The translations under genes and the position numbers were made by a program. A model generated the notes under the pieces. That model was not told the DNA's origin. It was given only the letters and a program-made list of their open reading frames with translations, and did no database searches. A stretch of 64,000 nucleotides of DNA, taken from a virus. Its lineage: Duplodnaviria; Caudoviricetes. Location: positions 1 through 64,000 of the IMG/VR virus record IMGVR_UViG_3300038828_000048, one strand, 5' to 3'. This document shows, in pieces, positions 7,030-18,145 of the stretch (position 1 is the stretch's first letter; each line of letters begins with the position of its first letter).

Positions 7030-9937
7030 TTCCAACGAATTTTAGTGAATGAATTTTATTTAATGGTTTTAATTTTATATATTTACTAAGAATTAGTTCT
7101 CGTAAATCTAATGGTTGATTAGTATTAGTACATTCTCTAATTATACCCCAATTTACTTTAATAAATCTATTTACTAATTCTAATATATATTTATATTTTT
7201 CTATACTAGATAATACTAAATCGAATTTAATACTCGCATCAAGTTCTTCAAAGAAACTAAAATAATCTTCAAATTTGTATCTATTAATAAAAGGATTTTC
7301 TTTAATTTTAATTGGGTCTAATTCAATATGATCATTATGGTTAGTATGACTATCAGTATTACAATCAAAATAAAATAAAAATTCTCTTAATAAATCATAA
7401 TATTCTACATAAATAGTTGATTTGAAAATATTTGCAAAATCCCATATTTTTTGAATAATACATGCATCAAAAAATGTAATATTTGAACGACTTATATCAA
7501 ACATATCATAATTAGAAAAATCATTAGCTTTATATATATTATAATTATGGGTTTTAAATAGTTTATAAAAAACTGCTTTTTGTAAATAATCATAAAACAG
7601 ATCCAAAATATAAATATTTTCTTTTAAAAATAAATCATCTACTTTAATTATTTTAGATCTGAACAAGTTATAAAAATTATTTTTTTCAATTTTAGTATAA
7701 TTACTAATATCACATAATAAAAAGCTATTTGTATTTTTAACTAATTGATCATCTTCTACTGGTTGTAATTGATAAATTGTATCACGATATTTACCAAACG
7801 TTCTTATAAAATTATACTTATGATCTGTTATACAATTATTTTTTTTATTTTCGTCTCTAATTATGATATAATCATGCTTATTAATTTCATCATGATTTAA
7901 AACTATACTTGAAGAAGAAAAAATAGATGAATAATCATAATAATTAGATAAAGCTAATGAAAATTCAATATCGGTTTTTTCTTTTTTTGCACTAATTGTT
8001 TTTTTTCTTTTCTCTCGTATAGCTAGAATAGATTGTTTCTTTTTTTCAATAAAACTATCAATTTCTTCTTGAATATGTTCAATAGGAACATCTGGAACAA
8101 CACCTAATTTAACTATTTCATAATATATATCTTTATATACACGAATAGCATCTTTTATATAAGTTAAATTTAAATATCTTTTTATTGTTTTATAAACAAA
8201 ATAACCAGGATATTTATGTAATCTAGAAATATAATTATTACTACCTTCCAAAATGCTACGTTGATAATCTATTATAATATTTGTTATAATGTTATCTGTA
8301 ATAAACTTCCAAGTTTTATTATCCGTAATATTCAAGTTTAATTTAATATTCGATATTTTATTTGAATCGAACACGGTATCATCTACATTATAATCATCAT
8401 ATATTTTATAATATCTTTTAGAATCATGATAACTTGTTTTTCCATATGCTAATCTTACATCAATATTTCTAAAAAGCTTATTAAAAACTCTTGAAAATTT
8501 TGATTGAGATAAATAGCTGAATTTATTATAATTCAAAAGGTAATAAATTCTTTCACTGGAACTAATTGACTTCAAATATGATATGAATGTATTGATTAGA
8601 TCATCATCATTACTTCCTTCAATCATTTCTGGACTACAAACCTTAAAATCTTCGTTAACTTCTTTAATAATACGATTTCTTATATTAAGATATTCTAATG
8701 TATTAAATGGTTCATTGTAATTAATAAGTTTTCGTGTAAGTAAAATTTTAAAATAAGAATCAGAATGTTTTACTCTAAGTATTATATTTTTATTATCATT
8801 ATTATTATTACTTTGATTATTAAAATTTAAAATAACTCCGAGTGATGAATCATAATTATCTATACAATGATGGTATTCAGCAATATTATCAATATATTCA
8901 TAATGTCTAATAATATTATTACTTATAAGATCAAATACTTGTATATATTTTTTAATAATATTATTTATAGATAACTCGGTATATTCAATATTTTCTCTAT
9001 TCAAAGTTACATTAAGATCTCCAATATTGAATTTTAAATGTACCCCTGATAAAAAGTTCATATCATATTGATAATAATCACCTATATTATTTTTCTTTAT
9101 ATATTCATTAAACTTTGGTTCAATTAAAGAATGATCTAACTTATAAGATACACAATCTAAACTAATTCTTAGCGAATCTTCATTATTTGAAGTATGATAA
9201 AAAAGATCGTGTTCATAAATTAATCTATTATTAAATTTATCTACTTTAGTTGCAAGATCTTGAAGTTTAGAAGCATATAGCATATTACTATATGACAAAG
9301 TATTTTGAAGAACGAGTGGGTTTATTTGAAAATTGAAATAGATATTTTTAAATAAATATAATTGCTGCGATACTTTTACTACAAAAGAAAATAAATCATC
9401 ATATTTTACAGAAAAATATATTTTTGTTCCATTTCTCTCCGATGTTGGAACTTCATTCAACAAACTTATCTCTGGTAAAGTAGGAGTTTTATTTAAAATA
9501 TAAGTATATTTAGTACCAGAATACTTAGTTTCTATATAAAAGAAATCAACATAACCCAGTGGTGATTTTGATCCAATACCCCAACCGCCTATAAAATCTT
9601 GACTTAATCTTTTAGTACTATCGAAATATGACATATAATGTTTCTCAATAAATTGAGGTGACATACCAATACCATCGTCTTTCACAGAGAATGTTATTTC
9701 TGAATCAATATCACAATATAAAGATATCAATATTGGATTATTTACATTATCCAATCTATTTGCATCTAAAGCATTAGATGTTAATTCTCGAATAATCGAT
9801 CCTATAAGATCAGAATATAAGTTTTTACTCACAGCAGATATCGCAAACATCATGTTGGATGCACTAATATTAGCTTGTGTAGCTTTTCCTACACCAATAC
9901 TATCAATCTCAATATTTTCTAATATTTCTACCTTCAT
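7019..9937 (-). CDS. rIIA: rIIA-like protein with N-terminal GHKL/HATPase domain
   Basis: LYSD..IRELTSNALDA, VKDDGIGMS, STKR and GGWGIGSKSP motifs. Confidence 0.8.
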   Translation of the reverse strand: MKVEILENIEIDSIGVGKATQANISASNMMFAISAVSKNLYSDLIGSIIRELTSNALDANRLDNVNNPILISLYCDIDSEITFSVKDDGIGMSPQFIEKHYMSYFDSTKRLSQDFIGGWGIGSKSPLGYVDFFYIETKYSGTKYTYILNKTPTLPEISLLNEVPTSERNGTKIYFSVKYDDLFSFVVKVSQQLYLFKNIYFNFQINPLVLQNTLSYSNMLYASKLQDLATKVDKFNNRLIYEHDLFYHTSNNEDSLRISLDCVSYKLDHSLIEPKFNEYIKKNNIGDYYQYDMNFLSGVHLKFNIGDLNVTLNRENIEYTELSINNIIKKYIQVFDLISNNIIRHYEYIDNIAEYHHCIDNYDSSLGVILNFNNQSNNNNDNKNIILRVKHSDSYFKILLTRKLINYNEPFNTLEYLNIRNRIIKEVNEDFKVCSPEMIEGSNDDDLINTFISYLKSISSSERIYYLLNYNKFSYLSQSKFSRVFNKLFRNIDVRLAYGKTSYHDSKRYYKIYDDYNVDDTVFDSNKISNIKLNLNITDNKTWKFITDNIITNIIIDYQRSILEGSNNYISRLHKYPGYFVYKTIKRYLNLTYIKDAIRVYKDIYYEIVKLGVVPDVPIEHIQEEIDSFIEKKKQSILAIREKRKKTISAKKEKTDIEFSLALSNYYDYSSIFSSSSIVLNHDEINKHDYIIIRDENKKNNCITDHKYNFIRTFGKYRDTIYQLQPVEDDQLVKNTNSFLLCDISNYTKIEKNNFYNLFRSKIIKVDDLFLKENIYILDLFYDYLQKAVFYKLFKTHNYNIYKANDFSNYDMFDISRSNITFFDACIIQKIWDFANIFKSTIYVEYYDLLREFLFYFDCNTDSHTNHNDHIELDPIKIKENPFINRYKFEDYFSFFEELDASIKFDLVLSSIEKYKYILELVNRFIKVNWGIIRECTNTNQPLDLRELILSKYIKLKPLNKIHSLKFVGNET

Positions 9938-9939
9938 TT

Positions 9940-10431
9940 CTATTCTATTTTCAAAATTGGTGTTTGATCTAATTCAGTACCAGGAACTTCAATTCCTAAT
10001 TTTAATGCAGCTCCTATAGCAATCTTATTTGGTTCATCTTTTGGTATCGGTGGAGTTCTCATATACTCATCAGGAATCAAGGTTACATCTACAATGTTTA
10101 CTTTAGTATTATTGCGATAAGAAACATCCCCTTGGTCTGTCTCGATAGATTTTAATTCTAATTTTTTCATCACAAAATCAATTCTATCTTTCCAATATTC
10201 CATTGACTTTTTCTTTACTTCTATAGATTTTTCTAATTTTTTTAATCTATTACTTCTATCTAAAATAATATTATTATTTTCTTTATACTTCTTTATAAAA
10301 AATTCAATAGAACTTTTACCTTCTTTATCTAACTCATCAATTAAAAATTGAATATCATCTGTTATAACACCCTCACTATCTATTAGTAAATGCTCTATTT
10401 GCGATTTTATATCTAAAATATTTATTTCCAT
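9940..10431 (-). CDS. Siphovirus Gp157-family protein
   Basis: Coiled coil plus IPDEYMR...EPNKIAIGAALKLGIEVPGTEL. Confidence 0.8.
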   Translation of the reverse strand: MEINILDIKSQIEHLLIDSEGVITDDIQFLIDELDKEGKSSIEFFIKKYKENNNIILDRSNRLKKLEKSIEVKKKSMEYWKDRIDFVMKKLELKSIETDQGDVSYRNNTKVNIVDVTLIPDEYMRTPPIPKDEPNKIAIGAALKLGIEVPGTELDQTPILKIE

Positions 10432-10450
10432 AAACTTATTATTTAAAATT

Positions 10451-10484
10451 AAAAAAAAAATGGTAGGTATATTTCAACCTACCA
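10451..10484 (-). terminator. Intrinsic terminator
   Basis: TGGTAGGT/ACCTACCA stem next to A10. Confidence 0.7.
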
Positions 10485-10521
10485 TTCATTACCAACGAAA
10501 AAAACCTATTAAAAGAGTATC

Positions 10522-10812
10522 TTAATTATCTATTATAGATTCTATTTCTTGAGTAGAATCGACTGATTTGGTATCAATTGAATCGGTATTAATAATATCA
10601 TAACATCCATCTATAACTTCTTTAAACTTAGCAAGATCCCCAGCTTTCAATATAATAATATCTACTGATTGATTTCTAACTAAATTATTCAAATTTACAA
10701 TTTGATGATCAGATAATTCATTTAAATACAATGTGATCTTTTTTGATAAATCTGCCATTGTTCCATTGTCTTTTAATAAACAACCTTCCGATTTGAAAAG
10801 AATTTTATCCAT
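10522..10812 (-). CDS. Hypothetical protein
   Basis: 96 aa ORF. Confidence 0.7.
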   Translation of the reverse strand: MDKILFKSEGCLLKDNGTMADLSKKITLYLNELSDHQIVNLNNLVRNQSVDIIILKAGDLAKFKEVIDGCYDIINTDSIDTKSVDSTQEIESIIDN

Positions 10813-10835
10813 TTTTCATTTTTTTTTTACAATGA

Positions 10836-10843
10836 CAAATTTA
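10836..10843 (-). promoter_or_regulatory. Bacteroidota -7 promoter element TAAATTTG
   Basis: Matches TAnnTTTG in an intergenic gap upstream of the gene starting at 10812. Confidence 0.5.
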
Positions 10844-10853
10844 CAAAAAAAAA

Positions 10854-11174
10854 TTATCCCAGAAGTGTTTTTAACTTAATAAATCTAATTAATTTACTTT
10901 GATCTAGTAACAATTTAACATCATCGAAATTTACTAGAGTAAACGTAGGAGAATCTTGATTTTTATTTTCAAATTCATTAAAAGTATCATTATATATACT
11001 AGATTCCTTATCAGTATAAAAATTAATAGCATTCCCTTTTGCAATTGCAAATTTATAAGTTACAATATTAACACCATTTCTATTTGTATCAAAATAATTC
11101 AGAATTATATTATTATCATCGATAGATTCGATAAATATGGTATCAAGATTTTTATTTACATGAACTCTCCACAT
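10854..11174 (-). CDS. Hypothetical protein
   Basis: 106 aa ORF. Confidence 0.65.
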   Translation of the reverse strand: MWRVHVNKNLDTIFIESIDDNNIILNYFDTNRNGVNIVTYKFAIAKGNAINFYTDKESSIYNDTFNEFENKNQDSPTFTLVNFDDVKLLLDQSKLIRFIKLKTLLG

Positions 11175-11176
11175 TC

Positions 11177-11827
11177 TTATTTTAATTTATCTTCTGAATA
11201 ATATTCTCTAGAAGGATCGAATTTTGGAAAAAATTCATCACCAATTTCACTAACATTAAGTTCGGTTTTCATTGTATTTTCTAAAAATGATTTTTTATAT
11301 ACAATGTTGTGTGCTAAATTTTTAGATACAATATATCGAATATAAATATTATTAATAACTGGTACAGATTTATAAGAAATACGCATCTGTTCTTTAAACA
11401 AAACTGATGTTTCTGAATATTTCGATTCTGAAATTTTTAAAATATCATTTTTATATTTTTTAGGTATTTTTAACGTTATATGTATAACATCATCAACAAC
11501 TGTTATATAATAAAAATTATCATGATTTATTAATAAATCAATTACATTTACTAGAGAAGAATCTGTTAAATTACGATCATCAATAGCATCTATATCGAAT
11601 AATAAATGTAATAAAGTATGATCTGGATCTAAATAACATTGTATTAAATTATACTCACTTACCAAATATAACAATGGATAATTTAATTTTGAATCCTTAT
11701 TTACTATATTAATATTATTATCAAATAAATTTATTAATAATATTGTAGAAATATTTATATTTTCCCAAATATCTTGAATAGTTATCTTATTTATATTAGG
11801 ATTTTGAAATTTGATTTTCCCACTCAT
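11177..11827 (-). CDS. Hypothetical protein
   Basis: 216 aa ORF. Confidence 0.75.
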   Translation of the reverse strand: MSGKIKFQNPNINKITIQDIWENINISTILLINLFDNNINIVNKDSKLNYPLLYLVSEYNLIQCYLDPDHTLLHLLFDIDAIDDRNLTDSSLVNVIDLLINHDNFYYITVVDDVIHITLKIPKKYKNDILKISESKYSETSVLFKEQMRISYKSVPVINNIYIRYIVSKNLAHNIVYKKSFLENTMKTELNVSEIGDEFFPKFDPSREYYSEDKLK

Positions 11828-11844
11828 CTTTTTTAATTAATTTT

Positions 11845-13197
11845 TTAATTATCATCAATATCATCCACACTATCCTGGTAATCAATATTCATCTTATAAG
11901 GTATTACATAATGTTCTTTAAGAGCTTTATATCTTTCTGGATCTAAATCTAAATAATCCCTAAGATTTCTTATTTCTAAAAAATCTATTTTAGCATATGG
12001 GTTATTAATTTTTATACAATCGTTACCCTGATAATTTATCCCAACTTCTTTATTTATTATTTTTTCAAGATCTTTATTAAATTCCTGGAAATAAATATCC
12101 AAAATTGAAATATCTATTTTACTATTAAATATAAGATGTTTTATATCTAAGTATTTATACATTTCGAATGGTAATGTATTCACTAATTCATAGTATTTAA
12201 TAGTACTTAAATCTTTACCACCATGTAATAAATTTTGAAGATCTTCTGATATTAAACTATTTCTTAGTACACCAAGATGACTTAAATAAAAAGTTGCTAA
12301 TTCTTTAATTGGTGCTTTAGATTCTCTATATTTCGCAATCAAAGAAGAAAATTTATTAATAATAAAACTAGTATATAAAAAAGTATTTATATCGTTTAGA
12401 TGATTATATGAATATAAGATTTCACAACCAATTATTTTAGAACTATCATTCGATAATAATCTAATAATATTATTATAATCAGAAATAGTCATTCTTTGTT
12501 TAAGTATTTCAGTACTATTAATGTAATCACTAAAACCAATTACTTTTGTAGAACTATCTCTGCAATATTTATTAAAAGTATTTAATAAACATTGCACATT
12601 AAATACGATACTTTCTATATCTACTGTTTTAAATACTTTTCCTGTAGCTATTACTTGATTTGGTTGTAATTGAACTGTATCCAATTTATCATATAAATTC
12701 TCAGGAATAAATTCATATAAAATAGTTCCACAAATATCTTCTAAATCACTCTTATGAAATCTTTGATCATTTATAATATGATATTCATCTATATCAGCAA
12801 TATTTATTTTTTTAAAATAAACATCTTTTAATAAATCATTTATACATATTTTTGATGAATCATCATGTCTGCTTGATAATATATTCTTTACATAATCTAT
12901 TGCACGTTCGAGATCAAAATCATTAAAAACTGTTAATGTTGCATTATTTACAGATCTTACTTGCTTTACTACAATACCTTTTTTTAATAACTCAATATTA
13001 TTTGTACTAATAATTTTTTTTAATTCTCCATGTACTGAAAAATCATAATAAATTCTATCTCCAGATCTTACATTATCTATAAACAAATCATTAATTTTAT
13101 TAAGTATATTAATATCATTATTTGATACTAAATAATGATTACTAAAGATCTGTTTTTTCTCAATACCATCATATTCTAAAGAAACTATTTTCTTCAT
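11845..13197 (-). CDS. Hypothetical protein coupled to the MoxR/vWA pair
   Basis: 450 aa ORF overlapping the ATPase stop. Confidence 0.75.
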   Translation of the reverse strand: MKKIVSLEYDGIEKKQIFSNHYLVSNNDINILNKINDLFIDNVRSGDRIYYDFSVHGELKKIISTNNIELLKKGIVVKQVRSVNNATLTVFNDFDLERAIDYVKNILSSRHDDSSKICINDLLKDVYFKKINIADIDEYHIINDQRFHKSDLEDICGTILYEFIPENLYDKLDTVQLQPNQVIATGKVFKTVDIESIVFNVQCLLNTFNKYCRDSSTKVIGFSDYINSTEILKQRMTISDYNNIIRLLSNDSSKIIGCEILYSYNHLNDINTFLYTSFIINKFSSLIAKYRESKAPIKELATFYLSHLGVLRNSLISEDLQNLLHGGKDLSTIKYYELVNTLPFEMYKYLDIKHLIFNSKIDISILDIYFQEFNKDLEKIINKEVGINYQGNDCIKINNPYAKIDFLEIRNLRDYLDLDPERYKALKEHYVIPYKMNIDYQDSVDDIDDN

Positions 13198-14456
13198 ATA
13201 ATGCTTTGTTTACTCATTAATAAATCCATTACATACTTCTTACTCGTTATTCGAGATAATAAATTTTTACATGGATGAGTTGGTTTAGATATATCCATTA
13301 ATACATCCATCAAACTATCTTTGTGAATGATCTCTTTATCTAAGATATTTGAAAATCTATTTACTTCATCATCTGTAATTTTTGGATTACGGAAATAACT
13401 TTTCAATCTTAAACCTAATAATCCTTTAATATCAGATCTAATTATTTTTGATCCATTACTATTAGTACTATAAATACATTCGGTTAATTTATCCAAAACC
13501 ATCTTTTCATTATTTTTCGGATCAAATATCCATTTCAAAGATGGTATCATATCTAAATTATTATCAATAAATAGCAGAAACAATCTTGTCATAGATTCTC
13601 CAACACTACCGACACCGATTCTATGTACGGTTGTCAAATCATTTTTATCTTTTAAATCAAACATTGCTATTCCATGAAAGAACATCGACCATTTTCTATA
13701 AGAAGGAGTATCTTTTTTATCTCTAGCTTCATCGGTTTTATAAAGAAAGTTTATACAAGGTTCTGGAATATTATGCTCAGTAGCATAATCTACCCAGCTT
13801 TCTATGTTACCGACTACTTGATACGATAACATTCTATCCATACCAGCAGCATCAAAACTTGATACATTATAATTCCCATCTGTCGGATTATTACACAACA
13901 CAATAGTACAATTAGGAGGTAAACTCCAATTTGCATATTTACCATCCAATATAAGGTTCATACAAGCTTGTTGAATGTGTGGGAGTGATCTTTTATATTC
14001 ATCTAAAAGCAATATGCTATTATCTGTTTTTGCAAGCTCATTTACCCACTCAGGAGTAGCATAACTTAACTCTGGATTAATAGATACCTGTGTCCATCCA
14101 TTTGCTAAATATTGTTGAAGTTGTTCAATTTCGACTTTTCTATTATTAAGTACAACTTTTTCTTTTTTACCTTCTGGTGTAGTTTCTATTACTTTAGATT
14201 CTTTTTTTATCCTATAAACCTTTCTTGGATACCCGAATAACGATGTTTCATCTGTTATTTGAGCTAATTCTCGCTTAATAAAAGAATATCCTTTTTTTTT
14301 AGCATATTCTTCAACAAATTGGGATTTACCAATCCCATGCTCACCAATAAATTCTACCGCTAAATTTCTATTAGAAATTCCTTTTTTCTTATTATAAATA
14401 TTCGATTTTACAATCGAATCAAGAATTTGAGCTGCTTCATTTATACTATACGCCAT
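13194..14456 (-). CDS. MoxR-like AAA+ ATPase
   Basis: GEHGIGKS Walker A, ILLLDE Walker B, CNNP, DAAGMDR; ATG at 14456. Confidence 0.85.
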   Translation of the reverse strand: MAYSINEAAQILDSIVKSNIYNKKKGISNRNLAVEFIGEHGIGKSQFVEEYAKKKGYSFIKRELAQITDETSLFGYPRKVYRIKKESKVIETTPEGKKEKVVLNNRKVEIEQLQQYLANGWTQVSINPELSYATPEWVNELAKTDNSILLLDEYKRSLPHIQQACMNLILDGKYANWSLPPNCTIVLCNNPTDGNYNVSSFDAAGMDRMLSYQVVGNIESWVDYATEHNIPEPCINFLYKTDEARDKKDTPSYRKWSMFFHGIAMFDLKDKNDLTTVHRIGVGSVGESMTRLFLLFIDNNLDMIPSLKWIFDPKNNEKMVLDKLTECIYSTNSNGSKIIRSDIKGLLGLRLKSYFRNPKITDDEVNRFSNILDKEIIHKDSLMDVLMDISKPTHPCKNLLSRITSKKYVMDLLMSKQSII

Positions 14457-14482
14457 ATATTGATTTTTTAATTTAATTATTG

Positions 14483-15931
14483 TTATTTTGTTTTTAAATA
14501 ATCGATAGGAATTTGACACGATGTAATACCTGCCCAATCTACCAAAGAACCTTTAGATGATACCACTACTAAAATTGGAATATTACTTTTAACACTAGGT
14601 GGGGAAACCCAACCATCAGTTAAATAAATATGACCCGAATATTTAGGATTATCATTTGTATAAGAAACGGCAGGAGTAAATTCTGTTCCACCTCTGCCTG
14701 ATATACCTTTTTGAGTGAGGTATTCATTCATTTGATGAACATCTTTTAACTCCCATACATTATGAATAGTAGTATCTATTTCAGCAACATCTATTTTACA
14801 ATTAGTGATACGTTTGATATTACATAACTCCGTAAATACTTCCTTAAAATCTTGTTTACTCATAGAACCAGATGTATCAATACTTACAAAAATATATTTA
14901 TCGGGTTTCATTGCTAATCTATATAAATCTGGGATTATAAGCGTTGGTTTCGATCTTGTTCTACTTATTTGAGTAAAATTTCCAAAAATCGAAACCCAAT
15001 TTCTAATAAAAGATACATAATCAAATACAGGTTTGGGTGGATTTAATATTTTATCCAATAATTCTCTTAAATAAGCAGGCATATTACCTTGAGATTTATC
15101 AAATTCTTCCAAAGCTTGTTTTAAAATAAACTCTTGTTGATTTTTAATAAAATCTTTTACTTCTGGTGTAAGTTCTTTATTTAATCCATCCCAATCCTTA
15201 TGATCAGATGGATGTTTTGAATCAGTGTTCTTACATAAATCTAATATAAAAGATCCGCTACTTTGATTATTGTTTTCTTTAATCTTAAACAATTTTTGAT
15301 AAATCCAATCCGATCCTTTATTTATACAATTTGGTATTGAAATATCTGGATCATTATAATCATCAGGTAAAACAGGTCTTATAGGAATTTTCTCAAATTC
15401 TTTTTTAAACGTTTCTTCATCAATTATTTTATCAGATAAATCTTGCATTAATTTTTCTAAAGCAGGTTTGTGAACACTATTAAATATTTGTGTATTTGCT
15501 TCTCCTGGAAGTGATTTTTCTCCAAAATCATTTAATAAAACCGAATTTATAAATAAATCAGTTGCTTCATTATGCAAATTATGATCTGGATAATTTTCTC
15601 CCATTAATGGATGATTATATATAACATGCATTACTTCATGAACTAGTAGTCCAACTCTTTGTGATTTACTCATGTTGATTTTATCAATCCAAAATTTCCT
15701 ATTGATAAATAATTTATAGTTTAACCCTATTAAACTAATACCAGCAGTAAAAATCGGTACTTGTGGGCTATAATCCACAAACTCTTTTTGAATAGTTAAT
15801 AACATATAACCATAAAAACGCATGTTCTTATATCGATCTTCTATTAATAGTAATTCAATAGAATTTGAAACTGATTTATACAGATCTTCATCAGTTATTA
15901 CTTTACCATTTAAAGTAAGTACATCACTCAT
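14483..15931 (-). CDS. Metallopeptidase (DUF2201-like) plus vWA-domain protein
   Basis: HEVMH zincin motif; DTSGS, GGT and LTDG MIDAS motifs. Confidence 0.85.
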   Translation of the reverse strand: MSDVLTLNGKVITDEDLYKSVSNSIELLLIEDRYKNMRFYGYMLLTIQKEFVDYSPQVPIFTAGISLIGLNYKLFINRKFWIDKINMSKSQRVGLLVHEVMHVIYNHPLMGENYPDHNLHNEATDLFINSVLLNDFGEKSLPGEANTQIFNSVHKPALEKLMQDLSDKIIDEETFKKEFEKIPIRPVLPDDYNDPDISIPNCINKGSDWIYQKLFKIKENNNQSSGSFILDLCKNTDSKHPSDHKDWDGLNKELTPEVKDFIKNQQEFILKQALEEFDKSQGNMPAYLRELLDKILNPPKPVFDYVSFIRNWVSIFGNFTQISRTRSKPTLIIPDLYRLAMKPDKYIFVSIDTSGSMSKQDFKEVFTELCNIKRITNCKIDVAEIDTTIHNVWELKDVHQMNEYLTQKGISGRGGTEFTPAVSYTNDNPKYSGHIYLTDGWVSPPSVKSNIPILVVVSSKGSLVDWAGITSCQIPIDYLKTK

Positions 15932-15944
15932 ATTGCATATTATT

Positions 15945-16592
15945 TTATTTTCGATTAATTAAATTACAATCTATAAATAAGTTTTGTAATTCTTGCACTT
16001 TTCTATCTTGATTTACATAAGCAGCAGGATGAATTGCTGTATATATATTACCCATAAGGATTTCGGATTTTAATGCTTTAGCATCTCCTCCTAGCAATAT
16101 CCAATTTAAATTAGTTTTTTCTCTACTAATCTTATTAATTAAAATCTTTGTGAATTTTGACCAAACATCTATATGAGAGTTTGGTTGAGATCTAAATACA
16201 GTTAATGTTGTATTTAATAATAATACTCTATTGTCGAGCATAAAATCTTTAAATTCTAAAGGATCTATACCTAAACTTGCACTTAATATTCTAAGGGATG
16301 GATTTATATATCCATTTTCTGTTACAAAGCTTAATCCACACGCTGACGGAACATTATTATAAACATTATGATAAGGATCTTGTCCTATCAAAACATATTT
16401 ACACGTTTCGATATTTATTTCTCTAAAACATCTAAAAATATTACTCTTTTCTGGAAAAATCTTTCCTCTATATAATCCATATAAAGGTTCTATTTGTTGC
16501 ATTACAACATCCAACTCCTTCATGACTAAAGGATTATCAATAATAAGTTTACTCCAAGTATTAAACTGGAGATTTATTTCATCAATATTCAT
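15945..16592 (-). CDS. ung: Uracil-DNA glycosylase
   Basis: IGQDPYH, GLSF, PSL, LLLNTTLTV and HP motifs. Confidence 0.92.
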   Translation of the reverse strand: MNIDEINLQFNTWSKLIIDNPLVMKELDVVMQQIEPLYGLYRGKIFPEKSNIFRCFREINIETCKYVLIGQDPYHNVYNNVPSACGLSFVTENGYINPSLRILSASLGIDPLEFKDFMLDNRVLLLNTTLTVFRSQPNSHIDVWSKFTKILINKISREKTNLNWILLGGDAKALKSEILMGNIYTAIHPAAYVNQDRKVQELQNLFIDCNLINRK

Positions 16593-16630
16593 ACTAATGT
16601 TTGTTTATTTTTTTTTAACGATATATCCTA

Positions 16631-17125
16631 TTATAATATAGGATTGGGATGATTTATTATAAATTCTTTATAATTATCAAATTCAAGTTTAATACTATTC
16701 AATAGTAAATTAATACCTATTAATTCAGTATCTTTATTATATATATAATTATTAAGATCGTAATTATATAACCAAATAGTATAATCATTAAATTTATCTA
16801 CTAAGTTTAAATTAAATAGAATCTCCCCATAATATGGTTTTATTTGTAAAGAAAGAATATTAAATATAGGTGATACTATACCGAATCCTTTTTTTATATT
16901 ATAATTAAGTTTTAAAGATTTATAACCTTCTCTTTTAAATATAATAACATTGCACTTTTTGATTTTTAATAAATAATTAATTACATTAACCAGAAGATTG
17001 GTATGAATATTTGATGGTAATTCTATTAAAGATAATTTATTTGATTCTTTTGGAATATATAGATTTAAACCAAACATCGGTATAGGTTCTATAGAATAAT
17101 CATAATACTCTTTATTAGACTCCAT
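16631..17125 (-). CDS. Hypothetical protein
   Basis: 164 aa ORF. Confidence 0.65.
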   Translation of the reverse strand: MESNKEYYDYSIEPIPMFGLNLYIPKESNKLSLIELPSNIHTNLLVNVINYLLKIKKCNVIIFKREGYKSLKLNYNIKKGFGIVSPIFNILSLQIKPYYGEILFNLNLVDKFNDYTIWLYNYDLNNYIYNKDTELIGINLLLNSIKLEFDNYKEFIINHPNPIL

Positions 17126-18116
17126 CTCTTATAAATTTATCAATTATTAAATCGTTTAAAAGTTTATAATCAAAATGATCTACTACATCCCAAGGATCTT
17201 TAATCTTCAGATTATTATTTGATAATGAAATTGGTACATTTATATAATTTAGATGATATAATTCTGTAAATTCAATAGATCGCTTTATACCAGTAGAATC
17301 ATTATCGAAAAAAATATATATATATTTATATACTGATTTTAAGTAATCAATATCCCAGGGTGTTAGAAATAGATGTTCAGAATGCGGAGCTATAGCATCG
17401 TATCCTAATTTATTTAAAACCATACAATCTTTATAAGATTTAGTAATAAAAAGAACATCAGAACCAAATAATCCTATTTTATCATAATTCTGTATATGTT
17501 CTATAATATTGTTTGAGAAAAATTTAGGATTTGGTTCAACAGCATAGGGAAAATAACCTTTCCAAATCTTTTTCTGTTTATCAAATACATATATAAATAA
17601 AGGATTGCTATCTATAGATTTATACATACGAGTATTATTCCCCCATATTTCTCCAGTATATATATTATAAAAACTAAGATCTGTTTTTATAAATTCTCCT
17701 TTTTCCCAATACAAAAGTTGATCTTGTGTAAATTTTTTAGTAATTCTACAACTATAAATTATATTTTCAACTATTCTCTTTTTAATATTTTGTTCTAAAG
17801 GAATATCTTTTCCAAGAACTACTGTTAAATATATATATTCTAATGCTTGATAAAAGGATAATGAAAATTTTTTCTGTACAAAATCTATACTATCTTTTAA
17901 TCTAAAATCATCTCCATAATCAACCCAACACAATTTACCATTATCATATTTAAATTTAAATGAACCAAATTTTTCTTTACGAAATGGTGAATGATAAAAT
18001 TGATCTTCATTAAATGGTCCAAAAAAATACAAGTAAATTTGAACATCACTTATGTAAGAATTTAATTCTGCTTTAGATGTTGGGATATAATTACCATATT
18101 CATTTTCCTGCTCCAT
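17115..18116 (-). CDS. DNA primase (crAss-like, TOPRIM)
   Basis: SPFRKEKFGSF N-terminal motif, ITKSYKD, FDNDSTG. Confidence 0.85.
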   Translation of the reverse strand: MEQENEYGNYIPTSKAELNSYISDVQIYLYFFGPFNEDQFYHSPFRKEKFGSFKFKYDNGKLCWVDYGDDFRLKDSIDFVQKKFSLSFYQALEYIYLTVVLGKDIPLEQNIKKRIVENIIYSCRITKKFTQDQLLYWEKGEFIKTDLSFYNIYTGEIWGNNTRMYKSIDSNPLFIYVFDKQKKIWKGYFPYAVEPNPKFFSNNIIEHIQNYDKIGLFGSDVLFITKSYKDCMVLNKLGYDAIAPHSEHLFLTPWDIDYLKSVYKYIYIFFDNDSTGIKRSIEFTELYHLNYINVPISLSNNNLKIKDPWDVVDHFDYKLLNDLIIDKFIRDGV

Positions 18117-18145
18117 TGTTTGATCTCTTTAAAATTACATATCAA

